Source: Lytechinus pictus
Taxonomy: Eukaryota
Direction of reading: 5' to 3'
Length of the DNA: 64,000 nt
Assembly: GCF_037042905.1 (NCBI RefSeq)
Contig: NC_087253.1
Coordinates: 18,724,001-18,788,000, forward strand
Shown here piece by piece: positions 12,601 to 26,100 of this stretch. A program made the position numbers and the translations under genes. The notes beneath the pieces are model-generated. The model ran no database searches. It was not told where the DNA came from and saw only the letters and a program-made list of their open reading frames with translations. Numbering within the stretch: the first letter of the stretch is position 1; each line of letters starts with the position of its first letter.

Positions 12601-15600
12601 TCATCCTTTGTTACAGTGAATACAGGGGCAGTGGCAGGGTATTTTGATGGGGGGGAGGAGCTGAATGACCTAAAGTTGACGTACTTTTTCGGAATTGAAT
12701 AAGAAGGGAGATGAAGTCACACGACTATGAGCTCCCTTCTTTCTACTCCTCTTTCTTATTTCTTCCTTTTTCTTCATTTTTTTAATACGTGAAAAAAATC
12801 ACTAGGGTCACCCTCCCCCTGCCCCTCGGACCGCAACCTCCTAGTCGATTGGCTTGTAACACTCGATCAACCTACCCCGTATCCAAAGCCAGTGAAATTC
12901 TGTCCATCGGCCAAGCTCTGGTAGTCACATTCCCCATCATTGAAGCAGCTGCAGATCTTAACGCGGAATAAGACCATGCTCTCCGCTCCTCTCTGGTCAC
13001 TGGCGACCACCTCCAATCTTGATACATCAAAATCCATTGGTGTCCATTCAAAATTTCCATCTGCAGCCAAAGATAATTATTATTATTATCATCATTTTGG
13101 GGAGCAAAGATAATGATTGATGCTGTTGAGCCCTACCTTTTTCTACTCAGAAAGTGATACAAATAAAAACACTTCAGTTTCTACAACCATTAATGTAAAC
13201 ATCTGACATTACCTGAAAATGCGGAAGCTAATCTGTTCCCTTTCTCATTCCTTTGAAGTGGGATTTGCATCTTTTGAGAGTGGATTCCACCTCTTTGTTG
13301 GAGTGAAAATGTCAAAAGGATGCAGAGTTCACTCGAAGAGCTATAATGCACCCTTTATTGATATACACTTCACTCCAGGAGTTATAATGCACTCCATACG
13401 CATTTACAGTTCACTCCAGAAGTAATTATAATGTATTCTATAAGGGTTACAGTTCACTCCAGATGGGCTTATAATGCACTCTATAATAATTAAAGTTCAC
13501 TCCAAAAGGAGTTACAATGTACTCTATAAGGATGTACAGTTCATTCCAAATAATTTGGTCCCTATTATCACCTCAAGAGGAAGTTGTGATTAGAGACTAG
13601 ATTAGCTCTTTTAGACGGTAATGACCTTAAGATACATTTCAATCTACTTCACTTTCCAAAAAACATCGGTGGAACGACGTGACACAGTAAGCATACGAAA
13701 CATTTTATTATTTTATTTATTTACCTGCTGTGATATTGGCTCCTTCAGGGTAGGCGTCACCAAATGTGAAGGTGACAATGTCACCATCGTTCTGATCTTC
13801 AGCGGTAAATGATAGCTGTATCGTTTGATTCACTTGTGCATATATCACTCGCCCGTCTTCATGTAGTACGTTACCAGTATCAGTGATCATTGTGATATTT
13901 GGCGGGAAGTTTTCTGGAGAAAAAAATGAAAAAGAAAATAACATAACTTCTGAGTATTCCTGATTTGTTTTCCAGGACGTTCTGGGGCGAATAATGAAGA
14001 GAAAGCCTTGAAAGAACCCCCCCCCCCAAAAAAAAAACACCTGAAAATGTTCGCTGCTTGAAGGAGCACAGTGTTCCACAATGTGTTTACAATTTTAGCA
14101 AACTGTGGAATCATAATCACACTGTTTACCTTGAACATTTTATACAGTAGGGCCCATTTATTACATTCCCATGCAGTTTGCTATGTGAACACACTATGAC
14201 ACCTGTCAAGGTGTCTACAGTGCTAAAATGTCTTCACACTGTTAATTTTGATAATTTTTAACAGTGTGTATCACATTTCCATGCAGTCAGCTATTTGAGC
14301 ACACTATGAACAGTCACACTGTTGAAGTATCCAGTGTGAAATGGTCTTTACACTATTAAATCTCAAAGTGTGTATCACATTTCCACGCAGTTCACTTGTG
14401 AACACTGAACAGTCACATTGTCGGGTTGTCCACAGTGTGGAAATATCTTCACACTATTAATTTATCATTTTTTACAATGTTTATCACATTTATATGCAGT
14501 GTATTATGTAAACACACTGTGAACAGTTACACTGTCGAGGTGTCCACAGTAGAAATATATTTGCACTAACAATTTTGATCATTTAACAGTGTGTATTACA
14601 TTTCTATTCAGTGATAAACTTCAACAGTCACACTGTTAAAGTATCCAGTGTGAAATAGTCTTTACACTATTAAATCTCAAAGTGTGTATCACATTTCCAC
14701 GCAGTTCACTTGTGAACACACTGAACAGTCACACTGTTGGGTTGTCCACAGTGTGGAAATGTTTCACACTATTAATTTTGATCATTTTAATAGTGTGTAT
14801 CACATTTATATGCAGTGTGTTATGTGAACAGTTTCACTGTCGAGGTGTCCACAGTGGTAATATCTTCGCACTAACAATTTTGATCATTTTAGCAGTATGT
14901 ATCACGTTTCCATGCAGTCTGTTATTTGAAAGTGAAAATGTCTCCACACTGTTAATTTCGATCATTTTAATAGTGTTTATCACACTTACATGCAGTGTGT
15001 TATGTGAATCCACGGTGAACAGTTACACTGTGGAGGTGTCCAAAGTGTTAAAATGGTTTCACATTGTAAGCTATGATAATTTTAACATATCATATACCCA
15101 TGCAGTCAGCTATTTCTGCACACTGTGAACAGTTACACCGTAGATGTTTCCACAGGGTGGCATTGGTTCACCAATTTTCGTCAACGACCTCCCAGCTGCC
15201 AGCTGTTATTTGATAGGCATTTCCAATACATTTACTCTTTACTCGTCGAAGCGAAAAACTCCCTATTGTCTAGATGTCATGAGGGTTCCATGACATCCCC
15301 TCCGGCGAAAACTGCTCCGCTGCAAATTCCACACAATAATGGAATGGTCAACTTCAACTCTCGTTTTAAACACTATACCCTATCCTAAACCTTAAACATT
15401 AACCCCACATTATTGCAACCCTAATCCTATATCTTAGATGAAATAAAGCCCGATGGGTGTTTCATAAATCTCTTCGTAAGTTAAGAACGACTGGTGATCC
15501 CTTCTTGTGGCAAATGGTATTGAATTGGACATGGTTTAGCGCTTAAGAAGGGGTCACCAGTCGTTCTTAAAGTCGCTCTTAACTTAAGAACAGCTTTATG

Positions 15601-18600
15601 AAACGGCCCCTGGAGCAATTGTCCCTGCATGGAGAAAATGTCGTATCACCGTCCTGAGCGGTAGCAGAATGTTAAGATCATGAATATATGTTGGAAAATA
15701 GAGTAAAGGGTTTAAATCGATACCTAGGTTGTCAAGATCCTCCTGGAATGCATTTCCAGTCTCCATCGACATTTGACCAAGCTCTGGATTGACGGCGAGG
15801 TAGTCAAACAAGCAATTTTCGTCATCGCCGCAGGTCGCCCTGGCAGCAGCCGTCCTCTGGGGATCTTCCGCCAGAAGGTCACTCAAGAAGCTAGGCGTGT
15901 AGTTCGATGGGTTGTAGTACGACCAGTCTCGGTCGCCGTACTCGAACAAGGACTCAGCCTCGGTAAGTTGCCCTGCAGTGTGCAAAGAAGGAATGGGATC
16001 TTTTGGTGAGAGGTTAAAAACGCTTATTTCTTTATGGCTTTTAAAGAGGGGGTGGGTTACAAGCTCTGTAATGAAACGATCGAAGTGAGAGGGACGAAGG
16101 AACTGAGATAAACAGAGTGAAGAAATTTTAAAGAAATTGGAGAAGTTTTCAAAATGACATTACTGACAAGTGGTTGCCATAGGGTCCCATAGGGTGTGCA
16201 CTTAATTATACACAATGTCCAATGCCAGTGCATATACGTTTTACTTACACGATTGTCCAAAGGGATAAATGTCTTTGTCCGTTAGGTTTGTTGCCAGTGA
16301 ATCCTCTAGTGTCGTACCGTTTCGGAGTAGGAATTCATCGGAAATGTTACCATTTATGTTACCTGATGAGATCGAAAAAATATGGAATATATTATGTAAT
16401 TTCAGTTGATAGAAATGCCACTTATAAGCTGGGTTGTAACGAGCTACGAGAGTGGATGAAACTGAATTCGTTTAAAGGTCATGCATTAATTGTTGCCTAA
16501 AGTCCTAAACATCACCGATTTTAAGTCATTTATTTGAATCTTTCAGATCTCGTTCTTCAGCTAGTTTATCGTAAGTACTTCTGAGGAAATTTGTTGCATG
16601 GATGTTCAGAGACCTTTTCAGAGTGTACAAATTTCATTTTTGGTACTTTTTTATACTAATTTGTAATGGGCGGGGATTCAAGTATGCGCGAATTTGCATT
16701 ATTCTTTTTTAAGAGAAGACATAAGTGAGTTCTAGCCAGGCGTGCCTAGAATTAAAGAAGAATACGTCTGCTACATAAACATGTTGCCCTTTGATTCCTT
16801 AACTTTAATGAAATTACCCATACGACCTTGAATCACCAAAGAACAATATTCACCCTTAATTTGAGCAAATTTGATCTAGAAATAATTGAAATATTAAAAA
16901 TTAATATATGTTACGTTATTTTGCCAAGTTGACTTATAAAACTTCCATGTTGACAGGGCAAGATATTTTATCCTGGCAAGTCGACTTACAAAAGTTATAT
17001 GTCAACATGGCGATATATTTTATCTTGGGAAGATAACGTATCTCGACATGCCGACATATAACTTTTTACAAGTCGACTTACAAATATTTCAGTTATTTCT
17101 AGATCAAATTTGCTCAAATTAACGGTGAATATATTTTTTTCTATTTGGTGATTCAAGGTCGTATGAGGAATTTCATTAAAGTTAAAGAATCAAAAGGCGA
17201 CATGTTCCTGTAGTAGTCGTAGTAGTTCTAGTCAGGCACGCCTGACTAGAACTCATTTATGTCATATATCTTGCCTTGTCAACATGCAATTTTATTTTAA
17301 GTCGGTTTGGCAAGATAACGTATCTTACCATGTCGATATAATAATGCTATTAAGTCGACATGGTAAGCTAAAGGATATCGCCATGTCAACATGTCGATGG
17401 CACTTTAAAGGCTTCGTTCCTTCAATAAAGGACGCCATCTTAAATTCATAACTTACCCAAAAGTCCTCTGCCGATTCCGAGATCATTATATTCAGAGGGA
17501 ACTGATACGAGGACGTCAAGTACCTCGTTGGTAAAGGTGACTGTAAATGACGTATCAGGTAGCTCTCCTACTAGGAAGAGTGCAGTGACCCTGACAAGAG
17601 TATCGGTGTTGTTCTCGAGGGTCAGCGAAAAGGTAGGATCTGCAGAATCGTAGCCATCTTGGTCGTGATGGAGAAAAAAAAATAAAATCCATTTATTTTG
17701 TATGGATCGAAATAAAATCTAAAATAGAAATACTCCGGAAATTCTCTTTGCGCAATAGATCATGAGCCCGGCAGGCACTGGGAGCACCAGGTCGACGTCG
17801 CCCTATCCCTTAATCATTGAAAGCCAAACAGGGTAGCAGCAACTCCCATGTTTTAACGAAATCAAGGAGGTTATGGTTTAAATTCACTTGGTTTTCGAGC
17901 AGTTGGTCTAATTTCCAGATAGTCTTAATGAGCTAAACCTATTCGGCTCATTATCAATTTGTTCTTATTGCCATTTGGTCTACACTAGACTTGGGCTAAC
18001 ATGTGTAATACCCACTGAGTGGTATTCTGGTAATTGAGTCTAGGTTTAACCCTAGTCTAAACTAGAATTTGAAACCACAATTCTATGGAATGCTGGCTTC
18101 ATAATATTTCTTCCACATTCGGGGCAATGGAAATGTATCAATTGATTAATTGAAATTCTTAATATTTTTGTATTTTACTATTTTTCCCATTTCACGACTC
18201 AATCCAATTTTTGACAACTTTTTTTGCAGCAGCTTGGGGTAAGAATAATTATTAATGGGTGAATTAGTTGACAACTGGCACTCCGTAAAAGTGTAGTCTG
18301 AGTTAGCCTAGGTTTGATCATCGACCTATGAAGAGATGGACATTCATCGCTTAGATAATGAATTCACTTATAGGTGAGTGTAATTGTCATCTGAATAACA
18401 TTCTCTTCATACTAGTCTTCTTTGGTCCTATGATCGTCACCGTGAGAAGAGACTGAAGCAGTTCGTGATTGGACATTTATATTTCACAAACTATATGCAC
18501 AGTTGATAACATATCAATGAAATAATGGAAAATCGACGTGCAGTTTTTGTTTACCATTGGCAATTTTAGTTCCATGTGTTTTATTTCGGGAAATGTCTGC

Positions 18601-21600
18601 ATATTTTAATATAGAGGCATTATTGTGATTGATTGTTTACCATTTGAAATTCAATTTTCCCCAAGTTTCTCCATAATACTCCAGATATACGTGGCACATA
18701 ACATTTATCGATCGTATATCTCTCAATGATATTGAGGTCCTTATGTGAGAGCGGTAGTTAGCGGATCGAATAATATCATATTTTATATCATAAAAACCGT
18801 CTGCTTCTCAAATTTGCTGCTCCATATAATTATGAAGCATGTTGACTGAAAGGCACATGCTGAAACAGGACATCAGCCAACAAAAATCAAGACCGGGAAA
18901 CTGTTCCGTCCTTGAGTGATCACATACCCTTGGTAGTCATGGTAATTGCTATTGTTACAACACCTGTATGTTCTCATTAAGATGCGCATAACTAGGTGAC
19001 GGTGACTATCATTGGATCAAAGAAATGCTCGCTTTAATCGTCCATCTTTTCATAGGCCCATGGTTTGATTAAACCATGGACATCAGAGTACCATCCACTT
19101 ACATTTACATTTAGTTGAATGGATAGATGGTCTCATTCTCACTTCGTTTATCAATATTATTTTTGCACTATTTCAAATTAAACTTTGATCCATTAAATCT
19201 AATCATAGTGTAAAACTAAATTGATATTAGACGAATTGGTAATTGCCTTACCGGAAATGAAACAGAATGGCAAATGAGCTAAGTGACGTAAGACCAAGAC
19301 GGACGAAATACGTGAGGATTTTGTAGGCATATTAAGATATGTCATCAGCATGATACTAGCTCTATAACGCGGCAGTCCATTCTTAAAATGAGTATTATTT
19401 TTCCAAGCCATATATTGCAAATAATGCACTTGTTAAATTTCATGAAAGATTACAAACATTTATTATCATTATTACGATTGTTATTAATTGTAAAAGTATT
19501 GTCATTACAATTATTGATATTATTATTAATATCATTATTATTGTTATTATTATTATTGTTGTTGTTGTTGTTATTATTATTGTTAAGTCAAACCGTTGGT
19601 GAATCATGATAACAAACATACCTCCTTCTAACGTAGCGAAGTTAGTTATCTCTTCCGTTTTGTTGATTAGAATCCTCATAGCCGTTCTGTTATCATTTAG
19701 CGAAAACTCAACCTGTATTGTAACCATAGAAAGACGAACCATTTGAATGCACACAGATTGAAGCAGCATTTTAGTATCCAAATCCCTAATATTATACCAA
19801 AGTCTTTAAAAGCAGGACCTTCTGCCTTATTTTCAGGCGATCGACTTTTGAGGATGAAGGAGGGTAGAATAACATTATATATCATACAAGGCATGTTCTT
19901 GCTTGATAGTGGCGAAACCTAAGTAAATAACAATTATTTCCATTATTCTTATTATCGTTATTATCATTATTGATATCATTATTGTTATTTTTATCGTTAT
20001 TGTTCTTGTTATCATTATCATTATTTTCATTATTACTATTAATATTATCATTGCTATTATTATAATTATTATTCATGGTTGTGTTTCTGGGTTACGCTTA
20101 TGCAATCTGAGGTTCCTTGGTTCGAATTCATGCCATGTCATTATTTCTGATGAAATTTTATCGAAATGTGTATATTGAGGGTGTTCCACGATTAAAATGA
20201 ATTCATGTCATTTATAATAATAAGAAGGGGAAAGAGTCACTTCCTACTAAGCCCGATAGGCGTTCTTGTTTTCAAAAAGAGGTTACCACTGTGATACATT
20301 GGATAGCAGCGAAATTCCAAAAAATCATAAATTCGTCTACCACTGTGATACCTTGGGTAGCAGCAAAATTAAGAAAAAAATGATTAAAAAAATAATTTAC
20401 TACTGTGATGCCTTGAGTAGCAGCGAAATTTCAAAGAATAATTTAAAAGAAATGTTTACCACTGAGATGGCTTGGGTAGCAGCGAAAGCAGTGAATACGG
20501 TGCCGGTGTCGACTGGCTCGCTATTGTTGAAGGCTTTGCCCGTCCGCGCCTGAAGAACGAACGAGTCGTTGTTGGTGTACTCCAGCATAAAGTACTCCCC
20601 GAGACCGTTGAATGTGTATCCTCTGCCATCCAATGTCCTGATGTGGGGGTCGCCCCAGAACCATGCTAAATATATGTGAGAAGTAAAGTTATATAAAAAA
20701 AAAAAACGAGGTAAAGGGGTTTCTTTGGCATCACTTTTTAGGACTTAAAAGGAAAATGAAACCTTTGAAACAAGATAGCTTGTATGAAAACAGAAAAATC
20801 TAAGAAAGAGATCAACGAGAACTTTAGAAAAATTGAGTCGATAATATTAAGAAAGTTATGAGCATTTTAAGTTTAGATCATTATTGTAATGTAGATCCTC
20901 TCATTGGCAAAGCGACAAAGATGTGTGATGTGACATGTGAACAACTTTGCCATTAATTTTGTATGTATTTCTCTTAAACTGTCTCTATTATTACATCTAT
21001 CAGTAGATCATGTATTCTTTCTATAGGAGGGCATGCAATACCTATTTTCAAATAATACATTATGTAAACAGAGTTTGTATTGCCAAAGGGAGGATCTCCA
21101 TAGGATTAGTGATCGCAATATTGGAATGCTCATAACTTTCTCATTATTTATCCGATTTTTCTAAAACTTTCTCCGATCTTATTCTTTGATTTTTTTCTGT
21201 TTCCACACAAGCCTACTTGTTCCAAAGGTTCATTCCCCTTTAAAGGAGAGGACAGTTTGCTCATATGTAAATGAACCCCGAACTTCAGACATTCATTTCT
21301 CCTTATACTTTGAAGCTGTCCCCTGAATTTCTTCTATTCACTGTAATACCTGTGTGGGTTTTGTTGATCAAGTTAGCCCTGGCTATCATTTTGAAGCTTA
21401 GGAAGTGACTTTTCAAGCTCAATAAATATCTCGATTCATTAAGGCGAATTATTGTTGCTTTCGGGTGGCAGGCTACATATTATAGCATCGCAGAAAAATA
21501 ATGACTTACATCGTCTTGGAGGTCTATACCCAGAGCAGGTAGAAGTTGGTCTTCGTTCTTGGTACATTCCGCAAAACTCAGGACCTGCTCCTTGATGACA

Positions 21601-23067
21601 GCAGTGAAACCTCGGCAGGAAATCTCTCGCTGTGTTAAAGGAAAAACCTTGCAAGTTAATCTGTCATTTTGTTTAAATATAGGAAAGGAAAGTGTGGAAA
21701 TAGCTTCGGGAGTTCGATTTTATATCAAACATGGTAGAGTTGTTGCGTAAATAGATTAGTGTTATGTTTATTAAACACAATTATGAGGCGTCGATTGTCT
21801 ATTTGCTTATTCAATAGCACATTGTGTATTACCCGTGGCTTGAGCTCCTGTTGCTTTCACGCGTTTGGTGCATTCAAGGAATTAATCATTCCGGATACAC
21901 ATTCTTCTAACCTTGCTCGAGTGCAGCAAGATACTTGCAGGAGTAAATAACGTCATGATTGGGATTCGAACCTATGACACTCAAAGGCAAGAGGCACCAG
22001 ACCACAACCAGTCCATACATCCAAACAAAAGTGAATGTCATAGAATATACACTAAAAGAAGTGCCTGGTCAACCCCTTTGGTCAACCCCATACACACGCG
22101 CGCGCCCGCGCGCACACACACACACCCTCCCTCACCCATCCCTTTTCACACACACACACAATCTCTTCGGATAGTGGGAATGGCCTATTAACACAAACAT
22201 ATATCCCTCTATTTTTTTAAAGTTAAAAACATTAATGTTAAACTAATCAAATCATAAAAAAATGATATTATTGTTATTCTCAAACGTATAATCTAACTTT
22301 TTGTTACTCGATCTGCTAATCTCACAACAATTTTGAACATAATTTTCGCCGAGACAAATATGGCTTATTTTGACGATTGAGTAGAGCGCATCACGAGAGC
22401 ATTTTTTAAATGATGAATCTTATCTGAATTTCCTAATCCCATCGATTTTCTGAATACGGTTTCTTAAAATTTTGATCATGTACCTAATAACAATCGTAAT
22501 GGGAGAAATATTATGTCCTACCACCATTGGAAAGGACAGATATAACTTTGAGCCCTCTTAGTGAACTCTGAACTCAATAAATCCCTTCTGCCCAAATCTA
22601 GGTTTGCCTCCAGCGTCAAACAATCATGCGGAATCTCTGTTTTTCCCCATAATAAAACACGATAAAAAAAGTAAATCCACAATCGCTCATCTGGCAAGGA
22701 TTTTGAAACCGACTAGGTTACGGTAACTTCACAAAGTCACATTATCACTATTTGAGCGACAACCCTTCTATTTGGATTTCCATTTGTTTTTTTTTATGTT
22801 ATTCTACGAGGCATGTGATTTACCTTCTCTTTCGCTCACCGTGTTTACACAGTGACTCGGCTCGGGGGTTCGACACGCGAGCCGTGTCGAACTCGCTTTT
22901 TTTGTTTATACGCAATCACATTGTCGTGTAGAGCACGGCTCGCGTGTCGAACCCCCGAACCGAGTCACTGTGTAAACACGGTATCCGACCTTTTCTGTCT
23001 GCTTCTTTTTCCCCCTCCTTGCCTTTCATTTGCCCTCTATGTGTATTTTCAATGCTAACACAAAGAA

Positions 23068-23130
<63 letters not shown>

Positions 23131-26100
23131 TGTGGAGCGTCGTGGCCCAGTCGATTAGTCTCCGGACTTTGAAACAGAGGGTCGTGGGTTCAAATCCCAG
23201 CCATGGCGTAATTTCCTTCAGCAAGGAATTCATCCACAGTGTGCTGCACTCGACCCAGGTGAGGTAAGTGGGTACCGGCAGGAAGTAATTCCTCAAAAAA
23301 GCTGGGTGCACCGAATAGGTAGCGTAGCTTAGCCGGGTTATAATAGCAGGGCCCGCTGGGAGAACAGTTTTCGGAACTGAAGTGGCTACCCTGGGTAAAT
23401 ATACCTATATTATTATTATAATATATATATAAGAGAGGTCCGGGCCTCGTAACGCGTAGGTTATCGACTAATTGCAATATGAAATGGCTTATCAAGATCA
23501 TCGTTGCATAAGCAAATTATTTTGCTCAGTAGACTGACTACGAACCAATCATAATTGTTCTTTCATTTTAGCGATTAATTGATAACTTTTGTGTTCAGGG
23601 GCCCTGGACCCGATGCCGCGTAACTCTGTAATATCCCTATTTAACATTTAGTGGGGGAAAGGGGAGGGATTTCACAATAATGTCTCCATGCCCACCCGCC
23701 CCCTCATCAAAATATCCCGACTCCGCTTGTGTGTGCTTTTTTTTTTGGGGGGGGGGGGTAAGGTACAGTGAATTGATGAAATGATAAAAATCCCACTTTT
23801 AGACCACGGTTGGGCACCAGGGTATTTTTTTTTTGGGGGGGGGTAACGAACCTATTTTTAGATATTTTGTGCACACTTACTGAATTAAAGTGGCAAACTA
23901 GAGTTAAGAGACTAATATCTATGTTTTTTCTCTCTCTTTTCTTCTCTTATGACCTCATTTTCTTCCTCCACGCACTGTTTGGAAATCACAGGGCCGGTCG
24001 CACTCTTGCCACCTATATCGCCAATCCTGGTTGAGATATAGATTTGGAGCAATTAAAATAACAGAAAAGATTGGGCGTCGGGAGTTCAACTTATGAATAT
24101 CAGAGCTTAAAAAGAGCCCATGTTGGTAATGGAAATGGCCGAAGGGGCGTTTACAGGAACAAGAAAACATAGAAATAATGGCAGTCGTCCGTTTAAATAA
24201 GATAATGATAAGATATTTTGAAAAATATGTGTTGTTTGCGCACGAATCCTTTAAGCGCCACTTCTGCCGTCCTAATATTTTTCCACGATCTTTCCCTTTT
24301 AACTACACACAAAGAAGGGTGTAACGACAAACATTCCTCCCATTGACAGAATTATTCATTCATTTGTCATTATCATAATGGCAAATCCTTTGTTTATCGG
24401 AAATGGTGGGAATCTGTGCGCGGGTAATCACATAATAAAGACTGATCGTATCGAACCTGACATTTTCTGGGTCGATTCTCTCGTAAATATTTCTTTCTTT
24501 TTTACCAGGGGAGGGGGGGAGGGGCGACGTAAAAATGACGTCACGTTTTCCTAATTGTTGCTGTCAAATCTGATCTGGCCAAGATATGCGTTTGATACAA
24601 ATTTAAGAATGCCCTTTTCTTTTCTCAAAATTGATTAAGCGTTTTAACTTCAGCGCTTCGCGCTGGAAGATTGGTTATTTCTATTTCAATGCTACTGTTT
24701 GTTTTTCCTTTAGCCAAAACCCAGACATTATACGATTATTGTCCTTATATTTAGTATGATTTCAATTAGAGAATCAAACATATGGAACAAGTAAATTACA
24801 CCAAAAAATAATACATTAAATCCGAATATAAAATAAACATTTGTAATCATTTCATCGTCATGTTAAAAGCAGTAATGTCGTCATGAGTATGCATGAATAA
24901 GCTGCTGATTTTACCCAAAAATCTTATATTACAACCCCACCCCACCTCACCCCTCCCACCCTTGTCCCCTTTCCCCGTCTCATACACAGCCAGCTTACAT
25001 GGTATTTTGTTTTCTAACACCATCTGTAATTGTTCCACCTAATCTGCTCCAAGAATATAGAAACAAGACTTTAACCTAATTTGTTACAAGAATTTATTTT
25101 CATCTTAAAAATACTGTACATATGAATAAAAAAATGTAAGTGATTAAAATTCTTCAGAAAAATAAGAAATGATGACTGGAATAAATGACTGTTTCACCAA
25201 GCTCTGTGAAAAATAACACCCAAAAATCTAATTTCAATGGATTTCGAAATATTCTATTTATCTGATTCTACTCTACATATTGGTTTTGGAATCAAATCTA
25301 CTTCAGACCGGAGTACCCCTTTGAAATACTCGAAATCTATTGAACTATGCGTAAATGGTGCGTTTGTAAACCAGCTATTATCCAGAATATTGGAAACGAA
25401 TTTTGATTGGGGGTACTGTTTTGGAAGAAAATTTGACAAGCAAAAAAAAAAAAAAAAAATGAAAATAAAAAGTTAAAAAACAAGATTTTTACTCCAAAAG
25501 GAAGGTGATTTTGGTCAGGAAAATTTTGAGAAGCGAAAAAAAGCATAACAAAAAAAAATCCCAAGGACTCACACACACACTCACACCCCACACACACACA
25601 AAACGTGATTTAGGGTCATGTCTCTCGGATGACATTGAAGGTCGGACATAAATAATTATATCTCATTGATAAGCGTCTGTAAAACCTAGAAACACAAACA
25701 CCCTTACACGCACAAACCCACCCACACCCATTTGGACCATACACATAGCACTCACCCACACGCACACACTTTATCGTCAATGGTGTTTCCGATGGTACAA
25801 AGATAAAGAATAATGCTGATTAGGAATTAACGTGTTAATGGTTGAAGCCTTTTCGAACAGACAATATTCATTGGATCTAGAATAGGAGAACAAAGCCCTT
25901 ACCTAACCATAGTCCGAAGGAATGATAACGGTATGCCTCGTAATTAGTTGTCCTCCACGGGTCACTAAAGGAGTTCCCAGGTAGGAGTGGCAAGAAGTAG
26001 TAGCACCGGTGAGCACCCCCGAAAAAGGACCTTCGACTCTGTCGGCACAAGAACGAACCCTCTGTGTGGGCAAGCAGAATTTTGTTTGTAATGGTATAGA

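Noticed and set aside
19388-19609. Poly-Leu ORFs resembling transmembrane segments (also 31088-31510)
   Set aside because: They are translations of (TTA/TTG)n and (CTT/CCT)n microsatellites within introns.
23953-24031. Possible extra AMOP exon
   Set aside because: Weak donor (GTCATA), no AMOP-like residues, and exons 8 and 9 already join in frame.
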